Source: Eukaryota sp. TZLM1-RC (lineage: Eukaryota > Protista > Metamonada: BaSk clade). Taken from it: a stretch of DNA of 64,000 bases. The notes beneath the pieces are model-generated. The model did not search any database, was not told the origin of the DNA, and saw only the letters and a program-made list of their open reading frames with translations. The translations under genes and the position numbers were made by a program. Below, in pieces: positions 45,301 to 57,323 of this stretch; position 1 is the stretch's first letter; each line of letters begins with the position of its first letter. The DNA is taken from NCBI GenBank assembly GCA_040285825.1, contig JAUPSS010000005.1:124001-188000 (forward strand), read 5' to 3'.

Positions 45301-45925
45301 TGAAAAAAGATACAAAAGAAAAATGATGAAGAGATCAGAAATTGAAGAAGTATCACTCGAATATCCTCAAATCAATTGCAAAATCTACAGACAATGATAC
45401 CAAGAACAAAAGTGCAACAATCACTCGAAAAAATGATCTTTATTATTATAAATCATTAGCTCTGAAATAATTAACCAAACAATGAAATTGAATTTACAGA
45501 ATGTCATTAAATTAAACAAAATATTCTGTTTTAATTCAAATTACAATCACACATAGCGATATGTTGATCCTGTTTCCATCAGACAGTTGGCCCAGAAGTT
45601 TACTGAATTGCGGGCTCAAGTTTTGGACACAATTGATGTTCCAAATTCCTAACCACGCTTATGATAGTCGATACAATAACGATGTGGGCTGTTTGAGTGA
45701 AATGCAACTGGAACACGACTTAAATAAAGGCTATACTACCCCTTGATCCAACGTTGTTTTTATCTCTTCACCACCTTGAAACGAGACATTTTCTATGATG
45801 GATTTTGTGGACAATGGTATCATCACATACAAAATTTCGTATTTTCAAAACAGAATAGAAAAACAAAACATTTTTATATGTACATTTATAGCTACTGACT
45901 TGACTGTATCAGCACTGAAAAGTCT

Positions 45926-46933
45926 CTATTGATCAAAAACAACTAAAATCTTGCCATGAATGCTTTCACGTTGTTCTAATTTTCTCAAATATAGAGGAAC
46001 CTCATCAAGTTTGATTCGATGTCCAACGTTGTAATCAATGGTACCATCTTGAACATAGTGAAGTAACTTCTTGCCTAAGTCAGCTAATTCAATTTGATGA
46101 ATGTTGAATGGACTCTGATAGGCAACAAAGCCTAGAGCAACGTGACAAATAGAGATTCCCTTTAAAAACAAAGAATCGATATGTTTACTGGTAAAATCCA
46201 GCCCAACAACTGGTACAATTGCACCCTTGAAAGAGAGCAAAGGCAATAAGTTTGCAGCAGAATCACTGCCTACACAATCAATGGCAATCTGGAACCCATT
46301 GGGAGTATTGGTTTTCGTTGCTTCAAGAAAGTCTGATGTACTATCAATTACTTCAACTCCGAGCTTTCGGCACTGATCAATACGATGAGTACGACAGCTT
46401 CCAGTGACCTTCCAACCTTTGCTCTGTAGTATCTGAGCTGCGTAATGACCTACTGAACTGGACAAACCAGCTATAAATGCTGATGGGATATCAGGTAAAA
46501 CAACCTTATCGCTGTGAGATCCGACAGCAGCTATTGCTTTTTCGACTACTTGAAGAGCAGTAAATCCGGCACACGGAAGTGCTCCAACATCAGATGAAAA
46601 TTCATTGGGAACGGGGACTGCAACTAAAGAATCGACAATAGTGTACTCTGCACAGGTACCACATTCGCTTCTATGTAGATTGTTGTGAAAGTAAACCCGG
46701 TCCCCGATTTTGAAATCTTTTACATTCGATCCCAAGGCGTCAATGGTACCAAAACCGTCACATCCGATAATATAGGGAAACTTGTCTTCACTTGACCATT
46801 TTTGAACCTTATAGTCAACAGGATTGAGAGACGCTGAAAGAAGCTTGACTCTGATGTCAGTGGGTCCTGGTACAGGAATGTCAACATCACTAACACGGAT
46901 TTCTTCAGAAGAGATAGCAATACAAGCACGCAT
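45926..46933 (-). CDS. MDR-family oxidoreductase (zinc-ADH-like / NADPH:quinone reductase)
   Basis: SLNPVDYK, IIGCDG.G, F.IGDRV, LPCAG.TA, GKILV. Confidence 0.85.
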   Translation of the reverse strand: MRACIAISSEEIRVSDVDIPVPGPTDIRVKLLSASLNPVDYKVQKWSSEDKFPYIIGCDGFGTIDALGSNVKDFKIGDRVYFHNNLHRSECGTCAEYTIVDSLVAVPVPNEFSSDVGALPCAGFTALQVVEKAIAAVGSHSDKVVLPDIPSAFIAGLSSSVGHYAAQILQSKGWKVTGSCRTHRIDQCRKLGVEVIDSTSDFLEATKTNTPNGFQIAIDCVGSDSAANLLPLLSFKGAIVPVVGLDFTSKHIDSLFLKGISICHVALGFVAYQSPFNIHQIELADLGKKLLHYVQDGTIDYNVGHRIKLDEVPLYLRKLEQRESIHGKILVVFDQ

Positions 46934-46954
46934 GAAGCTGTTGGAGACCAATTA

Positions 46955-47525
46955 TATTGTATATGTAAGTCTCATAGAATTGAAACATTTTTTTGAACCT
47001 CTGTTGTCAAATCTGTTTGATGCTGAAGATGATTTCCATAAGAATAATAGAGGTGATGTCATATTACCTGGTTTAGATGGAACCTTCATTTTAGTGGATG
47101 TAATGTCTGTTGATCCTTGACATGTCTCAAATGAAGATCTTGCATATTCTGAAAATAATAATCCCTTTTCAAATGTTGGAAATTTCAAAATCAAAAAAAT
47201 ACAGTGAACCTTTGTCCAAATTGTCTACCCAACAGCATGCAAAATACAATTTGTATCCATTTGTAATTTCTTTATTTGGTTCACTTGCTCCAACCGCTTT
47301 ACGTTTTTTGACAGATTTTGAAATGATTGTAAACAAGGACTAATAGAAATTTCAACAGATTGTTTTGGCAAAATGGAATTGTGTTTTTTATTTTTCAGGG
47401 GATGGTGAAGCTGGATCTGATGCTTTGCTTTCTCTTGGATCTCACTATGAGAGAGTTGCATCTAGTTGTTTTGTTTTGGGAGAGATCGATCATTTAGATG
47501 TTGAATTATAAGTTTTCTAATAAAT
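46955..47525 (+). mobile_element. CRE family B 3' fragment
   Basis: High similarity to 41341-41895 (EPLLSNLFDAE..FHKNNRGDVILPGLDG). Confidence 0.85.
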
Positions 47526-47793
47526 AAGTATTATTAAAAAATCACACATTCAAATTCAAATTCAGATATTGCTTTTTTCAAAAAGAGTTTGAAAGGACTT
47601 CATTGACAATCAAAATAGCAACAGAACAAGGTTTTAAACCAAACCAAGGTGCTGAATAGATTGGACAAAAGCTAAAAACTAATTTAAATAGACAAATTTA
47701 TTACAAACTGAAAAGAAAACCCGAAATCAGAAAACCTGATAAATAAAATAATATACAATAAAAAGTATTCAAAATACCCAAAAACAGAAACAT

Positions 47794-48564
47794 TTATCCA
47801 GATAAAAGACGTCCAATCAGTTCTTTAGAATTATTAGTTTCCTTTGGTAAGTAGAGTATTTTTCGTTGATTTAGGTAACTTAATGCTCGTTGTTTGATAG
47901 TCTTTAATTTCACAACAATTTCCTTATAATTTCGACTTTTTAACTCCAGATCATCAACATAATCGCTATACCGATCTAGCAAGGCCTTCTTCTCAGTCTT
48001 TATCTTCTCCAAACTTTCCAAAAACTGCTTCTTTTTTTCCTCAACTAACGGTTCTACTTCCGGAAACTTGACCGATAGCTGAGTAGACACTGGGGACACA
48101 AGGGAGGGAAGTGCTTTGGTAGAAGCAAGAAGGTCATTAGCATCGGATAAAATGACTTCTAAAACTTTGGATTTACCTAAGGAAGGGAGGGGATTGGCCA
48201 TATCTTCAGCTATGAGGTAAGAGAGACTTTTGCGAGCCATGTAGTTGACCAAGAGTGAGACGTCGGGATCAAAGACGGAAGAGTCTTTTGTTGAACGGAT
48301 TTGACTTAGGGAACGTAAATGGTATAGAAATTCGTTGTAAGAACCAGTTGCTTCGATATTACTGGTAACACCATGAGAAGATCGTCTTCGTCGACTAGAA
48401 AGGGGGGTGTTACTTCGGCTATAGAAACATTGAGAATTGCAGGGAGATCTTGATTGTGCTGGAGTCGTGTGTGTTGATTGAGGGGTAGGTGGTGTTATAT
48501 ATCGTGCCAGAGAATCATTGGTAGGCTCAATAGCATAGAACTGAAGGAGTCCCTTATAGTTCAT
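47794..48564 (-). CDS. Hypothetical protein with C-terminal coiled coil
   Basis: Intact 256-aa ORF with host-like composition; no family recognised. Confidence 0.6.
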   Translation of the reverse strand: MNYKGLLQFYAIEPTNDSLARYITPPTPQSTHTTPAQSRSPCNSQCFYSRSNTPLSSRRRRSSHGVTSNIEATGSYNEFLYHLRSLSQIRSTKDSSVFDPDVSLLVNYMARKSLSYLIAEDMANPLPSLGKSKVLEVILSDANDLLASTKALPSLVSPVSTQLSVKFPEVEPLVEEKKKQFLESLEKIKTEKKALLDRYSDYVDDLELKSRNYKEIVVKLKTIKQRALSYLNQRKILYLPKETNNSKELIGRLLSG

Positions 48565-48773
48565 TGGTAATCAATTTGTAATGCTGTTTAAATGGTAGAG
48601 TTATTTCTGTGGTTTTCATTTGAAATGGATACTTTCTTCAAGCATTATTCAAACTTATTCCAAGAACTTTTATCCTTGATGAGATCGTCCACAGACGTTC
48701 TAGAATCCTCGAATAATTGGCCACCAATCTCAGTGAGCCCATTTCTCCTCTAGAACAATACGTAGCTTTGAAG

Positions 48774-49060
48774 CTAGTTTCTTTGTGGTCTCTGGAATGC
48801 TTCTGGTCTTGTTCCATAGTAGTGCTCACTAATTGCGATTTCTAGCTGATTTAGTGATGCAGAAATGTCTCTAGACCATACTTGATTACATTCCGGACAA
48901 CTGAAATAGATGTTGTGAACTTTAACTTCACCATCAACTTCTCGATAGATCTTTTGGTGTAGCATCTTGCAGCAGTTCACCTTTGCAGATGTCATATATT
49001 CATCTCCGATCTTCACCTTAGCAAATGAACGTTGTAACAACTTGAGAAACGCCTTACGCC
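48774..49060 (-). pseudogene. 5'-truncated Fanzor1 paralogue (RuvC-II, ZnF, RuvC-III only)
   Basis: RKAFLKLLQRSF..GDEYMTSAKVNCC..CPEC..WSRDISASLNQLEIAISEHYY..RPEAF aligns to the C-terminus of the 18335 Fanzor. Confidence 0.9.
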
Positions 49061-49349
49061 TTATATTAGTGAGGGTAGTTTTATAGATGATTTAAATTGT
49101 AACTAAAAGTGCTAATACTCACCACATAACTAATAGTTCCAAAATAAAATATTATCGATTCATCTTTTATTATAGTGTTCGTTCAAGTGTTGGTAAAAAG
49201 AACAGTGTTGGTGAAAGAAGTGGTGTGGTGAAAGAGGATTTTATAATTGCTGTGTTACAAAAGGAAAACCACAATTGAATTCTACTTCCAAAAAACCTCA
49301 TTCCTTTACATCAAGCAAAGCACTTAATTTATCAATATAGAGAAGATAA

Positions 49350-50474
49350 ATGGAGTCTCTGAGTAGTCAGGACCAGCAGCGCTTTATGGAACTCTTCACT
49401 AAAAACGAGGAGTTCAAAAACCTTTTTCTAGACTATGCTAAACAGATGTCAGACCCTAAAGTCAGGCAAGAGCAAGAGTCTATGTTACAACATATGGAAG
49501 ACATGACAGACTTACCACCCTTCAAGAAAGCACTCCCTTACACTTGCGTTTATTCCAAGAATGTAGACTATTCAGACCATTTAGTGTCTTCCTCTCTCCC
49601 CCTACAACACCACCAATTCCTTGTCATCAAACTGGAATACTCATCAAGTACAGAAGCCAATGAGTCTCTTCGGAATGTTGACTTTTCCTTTCCAGACAAG
49701 TCTAATCCTCTTTTATTTGAAGCTGAATGTTCAAAGTTTAAGACCTTAATTAAACTGCCTGAGCGAGTTGAATGTCCGCCAAAATCTATTACTGTACAAA
49801 ACTCTAAATCCAAAGTGTACTTGAGAATTGTTCTTGAGTTGGAAAAGTTCTCTCAGCCCATTCTTGATAGGCCCAGCATTACCTTCACTAGTGAAGTACA
49901 AGAAGAAGAAGAACTCACTGAAGAGTTAGAACAATCTGATCCTGGACACCGACCCAAAATTGAAGAAGTTGAGGAAGGTTCAAACCATACTGAGGTCAAG
50001 AAAGTTGAGTATTCTGTCAATAAAGTGCAAAATGTGGATCTCACACATCCTCCCTCTCCTCCCTCTCCTCCCTCTCCTCCCTCTCCTTCCCCTCCACTCT
50101 CTTTTCCTGAATGGTTTTGGTTGGATAGTCCTTCAAAATGTTTAATTTATATCTTTTTTGATGAGTCCCCATCAGTCCGCTTTCAATCCAGGAGTGTTAA
50201 AGTTAACACCAGCACCACAGGTTGTTATTTTAAACTCCCTTTTCCTATCTCAACTGATCTCTCTTCTTGGAAAGTATCTCTTGAACACAGTGGATTGGTT
50301 TTAATTTCTCTAAAAAAGAATAAATCTGGAGAAAAATGGTCCCAATTGGATTGTTATGGTTTACTTGAAAATGGTGATGTAAACTACCAATTAAGCCAAA
50401 AAGGACAGGGAGGTTTGGTTGTTGAAGATGTTTTGTTAATGTTTGATTTTGTGGATGCCTGGAAGATTGTGTAA
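49350..50474 (+). CDS. Kintoun/DNAAF2 (PIH1-family) dynein assembly factor-like
   Basis: F..EEF..L..DY...SDP..R.E.E N-terminus; CS-like domains (L.K....W..L). Confidence 0.55.
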   Translation: MESLSSQDQQRFMELFTKNEEFKNLFLDYAKQMSDPKVRQEQESMLQHMEDMTDLPPFKKALPYTCVYSKNVDYSDHLVSSSLPLQHHQFLVIKLEYSSSTEANESLRNVDFSFPDKSNPLLFEAECSKFKTLIKLPERVECPPKSITVQNSKSKVYLRIVLELEKFSQPILDRPSITFTSEVQEEEELTEELEQSDPGHRPKIEEVEEGSNHTEVKKVEYSVNKVQNVDLTHPPSPPSPPSPPSPSPPLSFPEWFWLDSPSKCLIYIFFDESPSVRFQSRSVKVNTSTTGCYFKLPFPISTDLSSWKVSLEHSGLVLISLKKNKSGEKWSQLDCYGLLENGDVNYQLSQKGQGGLVVEDVLLMFDFVDAWKIV

Positions 50475-51062
50475 AGCAAGTGATTTCAATTGAATTCTTT
50501 TTTATCAGTCTGTTAATTTATTATTAAGACTTATTGTTTTGACGAAAAACTCTCCAAAAATGTTTTCTATTTTACCATTTATTAACCAAGACCTTTTTTT
50601 TATTTATGGAAATCAATTAAAATTAATGTTTTTTATTTATTATAAACTTAATCAGTGTTCCTTAAAAAATTATTTAATAAAAAGATTTTCCCCTTTCACT
50701 GATGAAACTTCACTATCATAGTGTACTTTTAAAAGTACACTTCTAGAGAGTTGCATCTTGATGAATCAATTCTCAGTTGGTTACATGTTGTCAATATCTG
50801 TTAGAGAAATGCAGAATATCATTGAAACACTAATTGATAAATATCAACAAGTTAAAATATGTTGCATGATGTAGAGTTGAAACAATTTGATCACCCCCAT
50901 GATTTAATTAGAATCAGTCAAGACCAGTTTCTGGTTTTTGATAGCAATTCTCGGTTCTGTTGCCTACATTCATTCCCCGATCAATGGGAGATGAAGGACA
51001 AGTTGTTAACAAGCGGCAAGGTTAGTTTCTATAAATGCAACTTTTGACAATATTCCGCCAAA

Positions 51063-52328
51063 ATGCACCAAACCTCTCTTGATAACTTCTATGCACACAG
51101 GCGGAGGTCTAGTGGTCCTCTACAACCAGTCAAGAAGTCACGGACAGTGGGAACCAAACTAAAACCACTTTCACCCAAAGTTCAACACAAATCTACTCCC
51201 GAACCTCCTTCGATCTCAAAGCCACAGTCTCCGTCAGTAGAATCACCACCTGTTACCTTTACGGAGCTTGGACCATCAAAACCAATAGTAAATAGCTCCT
51301 TTTCCACTCCAAATACGTCACTCTCTACAGCACTACCATCTAGATCAGTTGCTCCAAATACACATTACCTCAAGGATTTGATACAATCCTCTTCTTCTTC
51401 TACTAAACCTTTATCAGTTGAATACCATACCTTAATATCAGTTTTTGATGCGATTTCCTCTGTGTTTATCTCTCACTCTAGAAGTCCATGCAAAAGCTTG
51501 TGTTGGACCACTCTTAGATCTAGTGTACAACGACTATTAACTATACAAAAAGTTGATTTTACTCTTGTTCATCTCCGCCAGCTTGTAGCTCTCTGTCCAT
51601 CACTCATGCAGCTCTCTCTCAACGATCACAACCAACTGCTGATAAAATCAAATGGTACCACAGCTGACTGGCACTCTTCTAAATCGTTTATTCAATCCTA
51701 TCTCCTTAAAAGAATGGAGTGTGCTCATATCAAGTTCTTGGAGAAGGAAAAGGGGATGCCTTCTGATCAAGCAAGACTTGTTACGTCAAAATCCAGTGTA
51801 TGGGATGCTCGGTTCAATGCAGATTACCTGGAACCTTTGCCTTTAGCTGATATGCCAGAGGTCAAGGAGTCTAAAGTCAAGAAGAATCAAGAAGAAAAAG
51901 TCCTACAAGGTCTTAATCAACATCGTGCTCAAGAACGTAAAATTCAAGAATCTGCAAGAAATGGACAATCAGTTATTGATTGTTCCAAAATTAATAACAA
52001 AGTCAATCAAATTCCTGCTGATTTGATTGCTTTAAGTATACATCGAAAATCTTTGGCTGAAAACCAAAAGAAAATTGATTATGAAATTCATCAAAAGACT
52101 TCTCAAGAACGGTATCTCAAAGTCTGTCAGCTATTAAAGAATATTATTTCCGCTGAAAACTTGAGGTCAATTCCATTCAGTGATGCTGTCAAGAGAATCA
52201 AAAGTGATTCCTCTTTAGAGTATCAATCAGAACAAGTAATTTTTGAGGATTTAAAACAATTTGTGGAAAATTCAGAGAATTTAATAGAAAGGCGAAATAG
52301 AATTATAATAACTGGTGATTTTTTGTAA
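51063..52328 (+). CDS. CDT1: DNA replication licensing factor Cdt1-like
   Basis: QTSLDNFY PIP-like N-terminus; Y..L...F......VQR....F...HL.QL..L.P winged helix; W..RF..D...P.P.A..P motif. Confidence 0.7.
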   Translation: MHQTSLDNFYAHRRRSSGPLQPVKKSRTVGTKLKPLSPKVQHKSTPEPPSISKPQSPSVESPPVTFTELGPSKPIVNSSFSTPNTSLSTALPSRSVAPNTHYLKDLIQSSSSSTKPLSVEYHTLISVFDAISSVFISHSRSPCKSLCWTTLRSSVQRLLTIQKVDFTLVHLRQLVALCPSLMQLSLNDHNQLLIKSNGTTADWHSSKSFIQSYLLKRMECAHIKFLEKEKGMPSDQARLVTSKSSVWDARFNADYLEPLPLADMPEVKESKVKKNQEEKVLQGLNQHRAQERKIQESARNGQSVIDCSKINNKVNQIPADLIALSIHRKSLAENQKKIDYEIHQKTSQERYLKVCQLLKNIISAENLRSIPFSDAVKRIKSDSSLEYQSEQVIFEDLKQFVENSENLIERRNRIIITGDFL

Positions 52329-53073
52329 TTTTTGTACTATATTTTTCAATTTTTTGTGCAGTGTTTATTACTTTATTTCCATTACAATGTGGAAGTTGTT
52401 TTGTTGCATTAAATTATTTTTAAAAATAATTCTTTAATTCCTCCTATTCTTTTCATCTGAATCCTATAGTATTACTACATTCATACTTTATAGCTGAAAA
52501 TAGAAGGAGGAGAGAGCCTAAATATAGCGACTTTAAGAATTTACAAATGAAGAAAAGATGAATACTGTGAAAAAGATTAATTTACTTTCCAGTTGAATAA
52601 TTATATATCAGTCAACAAGAATCAATGAGGAAGTCTTACCAACTCAAAATAAAATGTAAATTTTACTAAGCATCTACAATAGAAATATTCATGTTTCATC
52701 ATCAATCAAAACACTGTTGATGAGTTGCGTTGTCTACACAAATAAATTGGATTTATTGAAGCGCGTTTATTGAACTTGGTTACAGGTCTTCATTGTTTGA
52801 CAAACTGTGAGCAATTTTCAAATTCGCTTTCATAAAGCTATGCTCTAGTTGCTGTTTTTAAGAAAATTTCAAGTTACAAAGTTTCTTTGCAAGGTGATCA
52901 CATCAAAAGTTTGTTGCACTGTAATTATGATGTCTTCATTGATTGAAACATGAGAAGTAGGAGTTCTTCTTGCGACTAAAAGTGTAAGTAGACAACGTTA
53001 ATGAGAACTTCATAAGTATAGTACACCTTATTAAGTAAGGGTTTATTAACATAATTCACAAATCTAAAATAAA

Positions 53074-55828
53074 TTAAATTTTCCCTTGAGTACATCTTGC
53101 ATAAGCCTTATGAAGAGCAACAAGAATATTAACTCCAAATCCAGCAATAATTGGAATCAACCAAAGAGTAAAATCAACTGGTTCGGTGCTGAACAAAGTA
53201 TTCATCAAGGGAATATACAACACAGCAATGTGGATAAGCATTTGAGCTGAGATTCCAACTAAAACCATCTTGTTCTTGAAAACACCAACAGCAAACATTG
53301 AGCTATTGAGAGATCTACAATCAAACAAGTAGAAAGTTTCAACCATAACAAAGGTAGTAACGACAGCAGTGTTGGCAGCAGCTCTACCATACTCTTCAAG
53401 AGCATACTCATAAACCAGGAAAGCAGAGGCAGTAAGATAGGCAGTAACTAACAGAGTACGGGTAGTCATTGTTCTATTAAACAAGGGAGCATTACGTTGT
53501 CTAGGACTTCTCTTCATGATTTTCTTTTCAGGGGGTTCAAAAGCAAGCATCAAACCCAGGCAGAGAGCAGTAACCATATTGATGTACAACACATGAATGG
53601 GCAAAAGAGGAATGTCCTGACCCCATAACAAAGCGAGAATGATTACTGAGCATTCAGAAGCATTAGTAGGAATGGTCCAGAGAATAAACTTGACCAAGTT
53701 GGCGAAAACAGAACGTCCTTCCTTCACAGCATTGACAATGGTGGAAAAGTTATCATCAGTAAGGACCATATCAGCAGCTTCTTTAGCTACATCAGTTCCA
53801 GTACCCATAGCAACACCAATATCAGCAGCTTTGAGAGCGGGGGCATCATTTGTACCATCCCCTGTAACAGCACAAACTTCTTGATGACCATGTAAGGCCT
53901 TTACAATCTGAAGCTTGTTTTCAGGTGAGACTCTAGCGAAAACATGAGTTGTTTTTACAATTTCAGAAAGCTGTTGAGCGGTAAGTTCCTCAAGCTGAGG
54001 ACCAGTGACCACATTGGTGTCATCCTTGTGGGTAAGGCCAATTTCCTTAGCGATAGACAGAGCAGTCACGCTATGATCACCTGTGAGCATCTTGACTTGA
54101 ATCTTGGCTCCACGACAGTCACTAATTGATTGAATTACTGATTCGCGAGGAGGGTCATAGAGTGCTTGGAAACCTAAAAGAGTGAGGCCTTGCACATCTT
54201 CAGGGGTCAATTGGTCCACAGCTTCAGCATATTCCTTGTTACAGTGAGCAAGAACACGGAGACCTTGACGGGCAGCCTTGTCAGCCTCAATTTGGAGTGC
54301 CTCAAGATCTTCATTTGTGATTTCACGAACACCTTCGCTTGTCAAGATGTGAGAACATCTTTTTTCAAGTACACTGAGAGCTCCCTTAACGTGCATCTTA
54401 AACCCTCCTTCCTTAGCAGCATTCACGGTAGCCATAAACATCAAATCAGAATCAAAAGGAATGGCTGAGAAGCGTTCAGCAGTGGCAAGTTTTTTGGCAT
54501 CAATGCCAGCTTTCTGAGCAGCAACCAAGAGGCATCCTTCCGTGGGATCACCAGTACACTTCAAGTGATCTCCATCCTTGATAATGGCAGAGTCATTACA
54601 ATAAGAACCTGTTTCAAGAATGGAAATTACATGAGAGTTGATATCTTCAACTTCTCCTTCAGGGCTATAACCAATGCCAGAGACTTCATGAGTGCGCCCA
54701 GCAACATAGATAGACTTGACAGTCATTTGGTTAGTGGTGAGAGTACCAGTTTTATCCGAGCAGATAACAGAAGTTGATCCAAGGGTTTCAACAGCAGGCA
54801 AAACTCTAATGATAGCATTCCTCTTAGCCATTCTCCAGACACCAATAGCTAAAGTAATTGTGAGCGCAGCAGGAAGTCCTTCAGGAATGGCAGAAACAGC
54901 AACGGCAACAGATGCATGGAAAGAATCAATCCACTCCATGTTGGCTCTAAACATAGCAAGGAAGAAAGTACCAATGGAGAGCAGAATGATTGCGAACATC
55001 AAGGCATGAGCAAAATTTTCAATCTTTTCAGTGAGTGGAGTCTTGATAGCGGTTGATTGTTGGATTAGATCATTAATCTTACCAATTTCAGTGTGATCTC
55101 CGATACTGGTAACTACACCAACACCAGAACCACGAGTAATGATTGTTGAAGAGAAAGCCATATTCTTGCGGTCCCCAAGTGCACATTTGGGATCAACAGT
55201 CTTAACAAACTTGGAGGAAGGAACAGATTCACCAGTGAGAGCTGACTCATCAATGTACAGATCATGAATTTCCAACAATCGAAGATCAGCAGGGACCTTG
55301 GCACCAGCAGTGAGATAGACAATATCACCAGGAACAAGTTCAGTGGCATTAACTTCGATTTTTTCTGAGTTTCGTTGTACCATTACCAGAGAAACCATCT
55401 TTTTGGCAAGTGCACTAATGGCTTGAGCAGCTTTGACCTCTTGAATGAAGCCAACAATACTATTTACAAGAACAACGCCAAAAATGGCAATAGAGTCAGG
55501 TGGGTCCAAAAATGCAGTGACGACACCAGCTACCAAGAGGATATAGATAAGGGGCTGATGAAATTGCAGCAAGAAGATGACAAGCTTGCTCCTCTGCTTA
55601 CCCATAGTGAGCTCATTGGGGCCAAATTCGGCTTGTTTCTTCGCAACATCTGAAGAGGACAAACCTTCAGATTTTGTGACGGAGAAGTGTCCCAACGACT
55701 CCTGATCACTCATTGAATGAAAGGGAACATCCTGAAATGAATAACACAACAACACATACAAGTTGACAGATAACTTCATCAGAGTTTACGGTTGTTGGAT
55801 TGGATAGAGATACATCTTCGTTTCCCAT
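53074..55828 (-). CDS. P-type (II) cation-transporting ATPase; exons 55828-55760 and 55731-53074
   Basis: TGES, PEGL, DKTGTLT, GDPTE, TGD, GDG.ND; 28-nt intron joins MGNED..CQL to DVPFHS in frame. Confidence 0.9.
55732..55759 (-). other. 28-nt spliceosomal intron
   Basis: GTATGTGTTGTTGTGTTATTCATTTCAG; phase 0; removal restores frame. Confidence 0.75.
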
Positions 55829-56429
55829 AATAGTGAAGTGGAAAATTGAGTTTCAGCATTTCTTGGTTTGATATAAAATTCGACGTCAGCAATGGTAGAA
55901 ATTGATTGGATTATTGATGGGGATCCAAAAACTCACAAGGGATCCATGATCGAAGTTAAGATGAGGATGTATCACAAGCTATCATGTTGGGGAACGAGTT
56001 TAACAGCACACGTAGACTTCACGTGACCCTTTACGTTTTGGAAAGATCTTTTTTGACCTCAAGTTCATAAGTTCTTCCCTTTGATGAGGATATCCCACCC
56101 TTTGTTGTACATCATCATTACTATTGAGGCCCAAAAGCCGTCTTACTGTGAGCCTATTGGATTTTACAAAAACATAAATCAACACAAACCGAATATTGTA
56201 AATCTTATGAGAGAACGTATAATCAAAACCATATCAAACAATAGACTACTCTTCTACTTGCATTATAACAATTTAATCTAAAAAAGTTATGATCAAATCA
56301 TCAAACAATTTATTAATGACTACGCAGAGTTTTGCATTTATTGACGAAATTTTCAAATTTTGAAATACAAAAAGGGAATCAACTCTTCCTCCAATCAAAG
56401 AATGCAACAAAGTTTATTTGTAATCACTG

Positions 56430-56900
56430 TCAATATTCCAGAAAGGTACTATTTATTTTGAAAAAATAAACTGTTTGAACACTCCAAAACTGATCGACTA
56501 ATATGTAAGAAGACGAATATTCTGTTTGAAAAGTGCTACTTTGCTATTTCAGATCAACAACTTCACTCTCAATTTTTGAGAAAAAGTATGTATGTTTGAA
56601 TAAGTCATCAGATTCATCGCTGTTTGTCACAATTTCCCTTCATGGCACGCTTGGACCTCTTGCTTTGTCTTTTCTGGATGATTTTGTTGAAATTGTGAAT
56701 CAACGAACTGGAAGAGTTTTTGGCAAAACAGAATTGAATTTTCAATTTTGAAAGGTGTTGTTCCCTTATTATCTTCAACTTTATTATCTCTTGGACACAT
56801 TTATGAAGGAAAAATCTCCAGTCAATTCTTCTTAGCTGATTTGGGTTATGAAGACATCGAATTTTAACCTGGTCGTATAGTTTGTTTTTTATTGGAATAA
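56430..56900 (+). mobile_element. Chimeric/decayed CRE remnants
   Basis: NKSSDSSLFVTI (family A-like) joined to SLHGTLGPLALSFLDDF..RTGR (family B-like). Confidence 0.55.
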
Positions 56901-57132
56901 ATAAAAATATAAGAAAAATAAGTTTGTCACAATTGTTTTAATCTTTTTGTGCCACAACACTTTGGGATATGTGCTAATTTTGAAAATCTGTAGCAAATCT
57001 GAAATTATAATTGAATATTCCAATTGAGAAACTTTGGTTAAAAAAGAGCACTATTTGCTCGGCATCTTCACAGATCACCTTATGCAATACTGATAATTGG
57101 TCCCAATTGAACATATGTTGCCTAAAGTCTAT

Positions 57133-57194
57133 TGTAGTAAAGAAAAGTCTGATTTATTTTCTATTCATATTATATAAGCCTTAGGGCGCCAACA
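57133..57194 (-). repeat. Putative 62-bp 3' LTR
   Basis: TGT..ACA ends, directly preceded on the minus strand by polypurine tract AAAAAGGGAAGAAGCAG (57211-57195); contains TATATAA and AATAAA. Confidence 0.6.
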
Positions 57195-57323
57195 CTGCTT
57201 CTTCCCTTTTTCAAAATAAATCAGCTTATATGAATATGAAACTAAAACTATGAACAAATAACTAAATAACTATAATAAATACATATAATCGATATACTAT
57301 AAATAATCGATATAAACTAAGAA

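Noticed and set aside
50859-51047. Short ORF with NHL-repeat-like FDHPHDL
   Set aside because: Too short and unsupported to call
57183-57191. TGGCGCCC as a tRNA-Lys primer-binding site
   Set aside because: It lies 3' of pol immediately after the PPT, inside the putative LTR, which is the wrong position for a PBS
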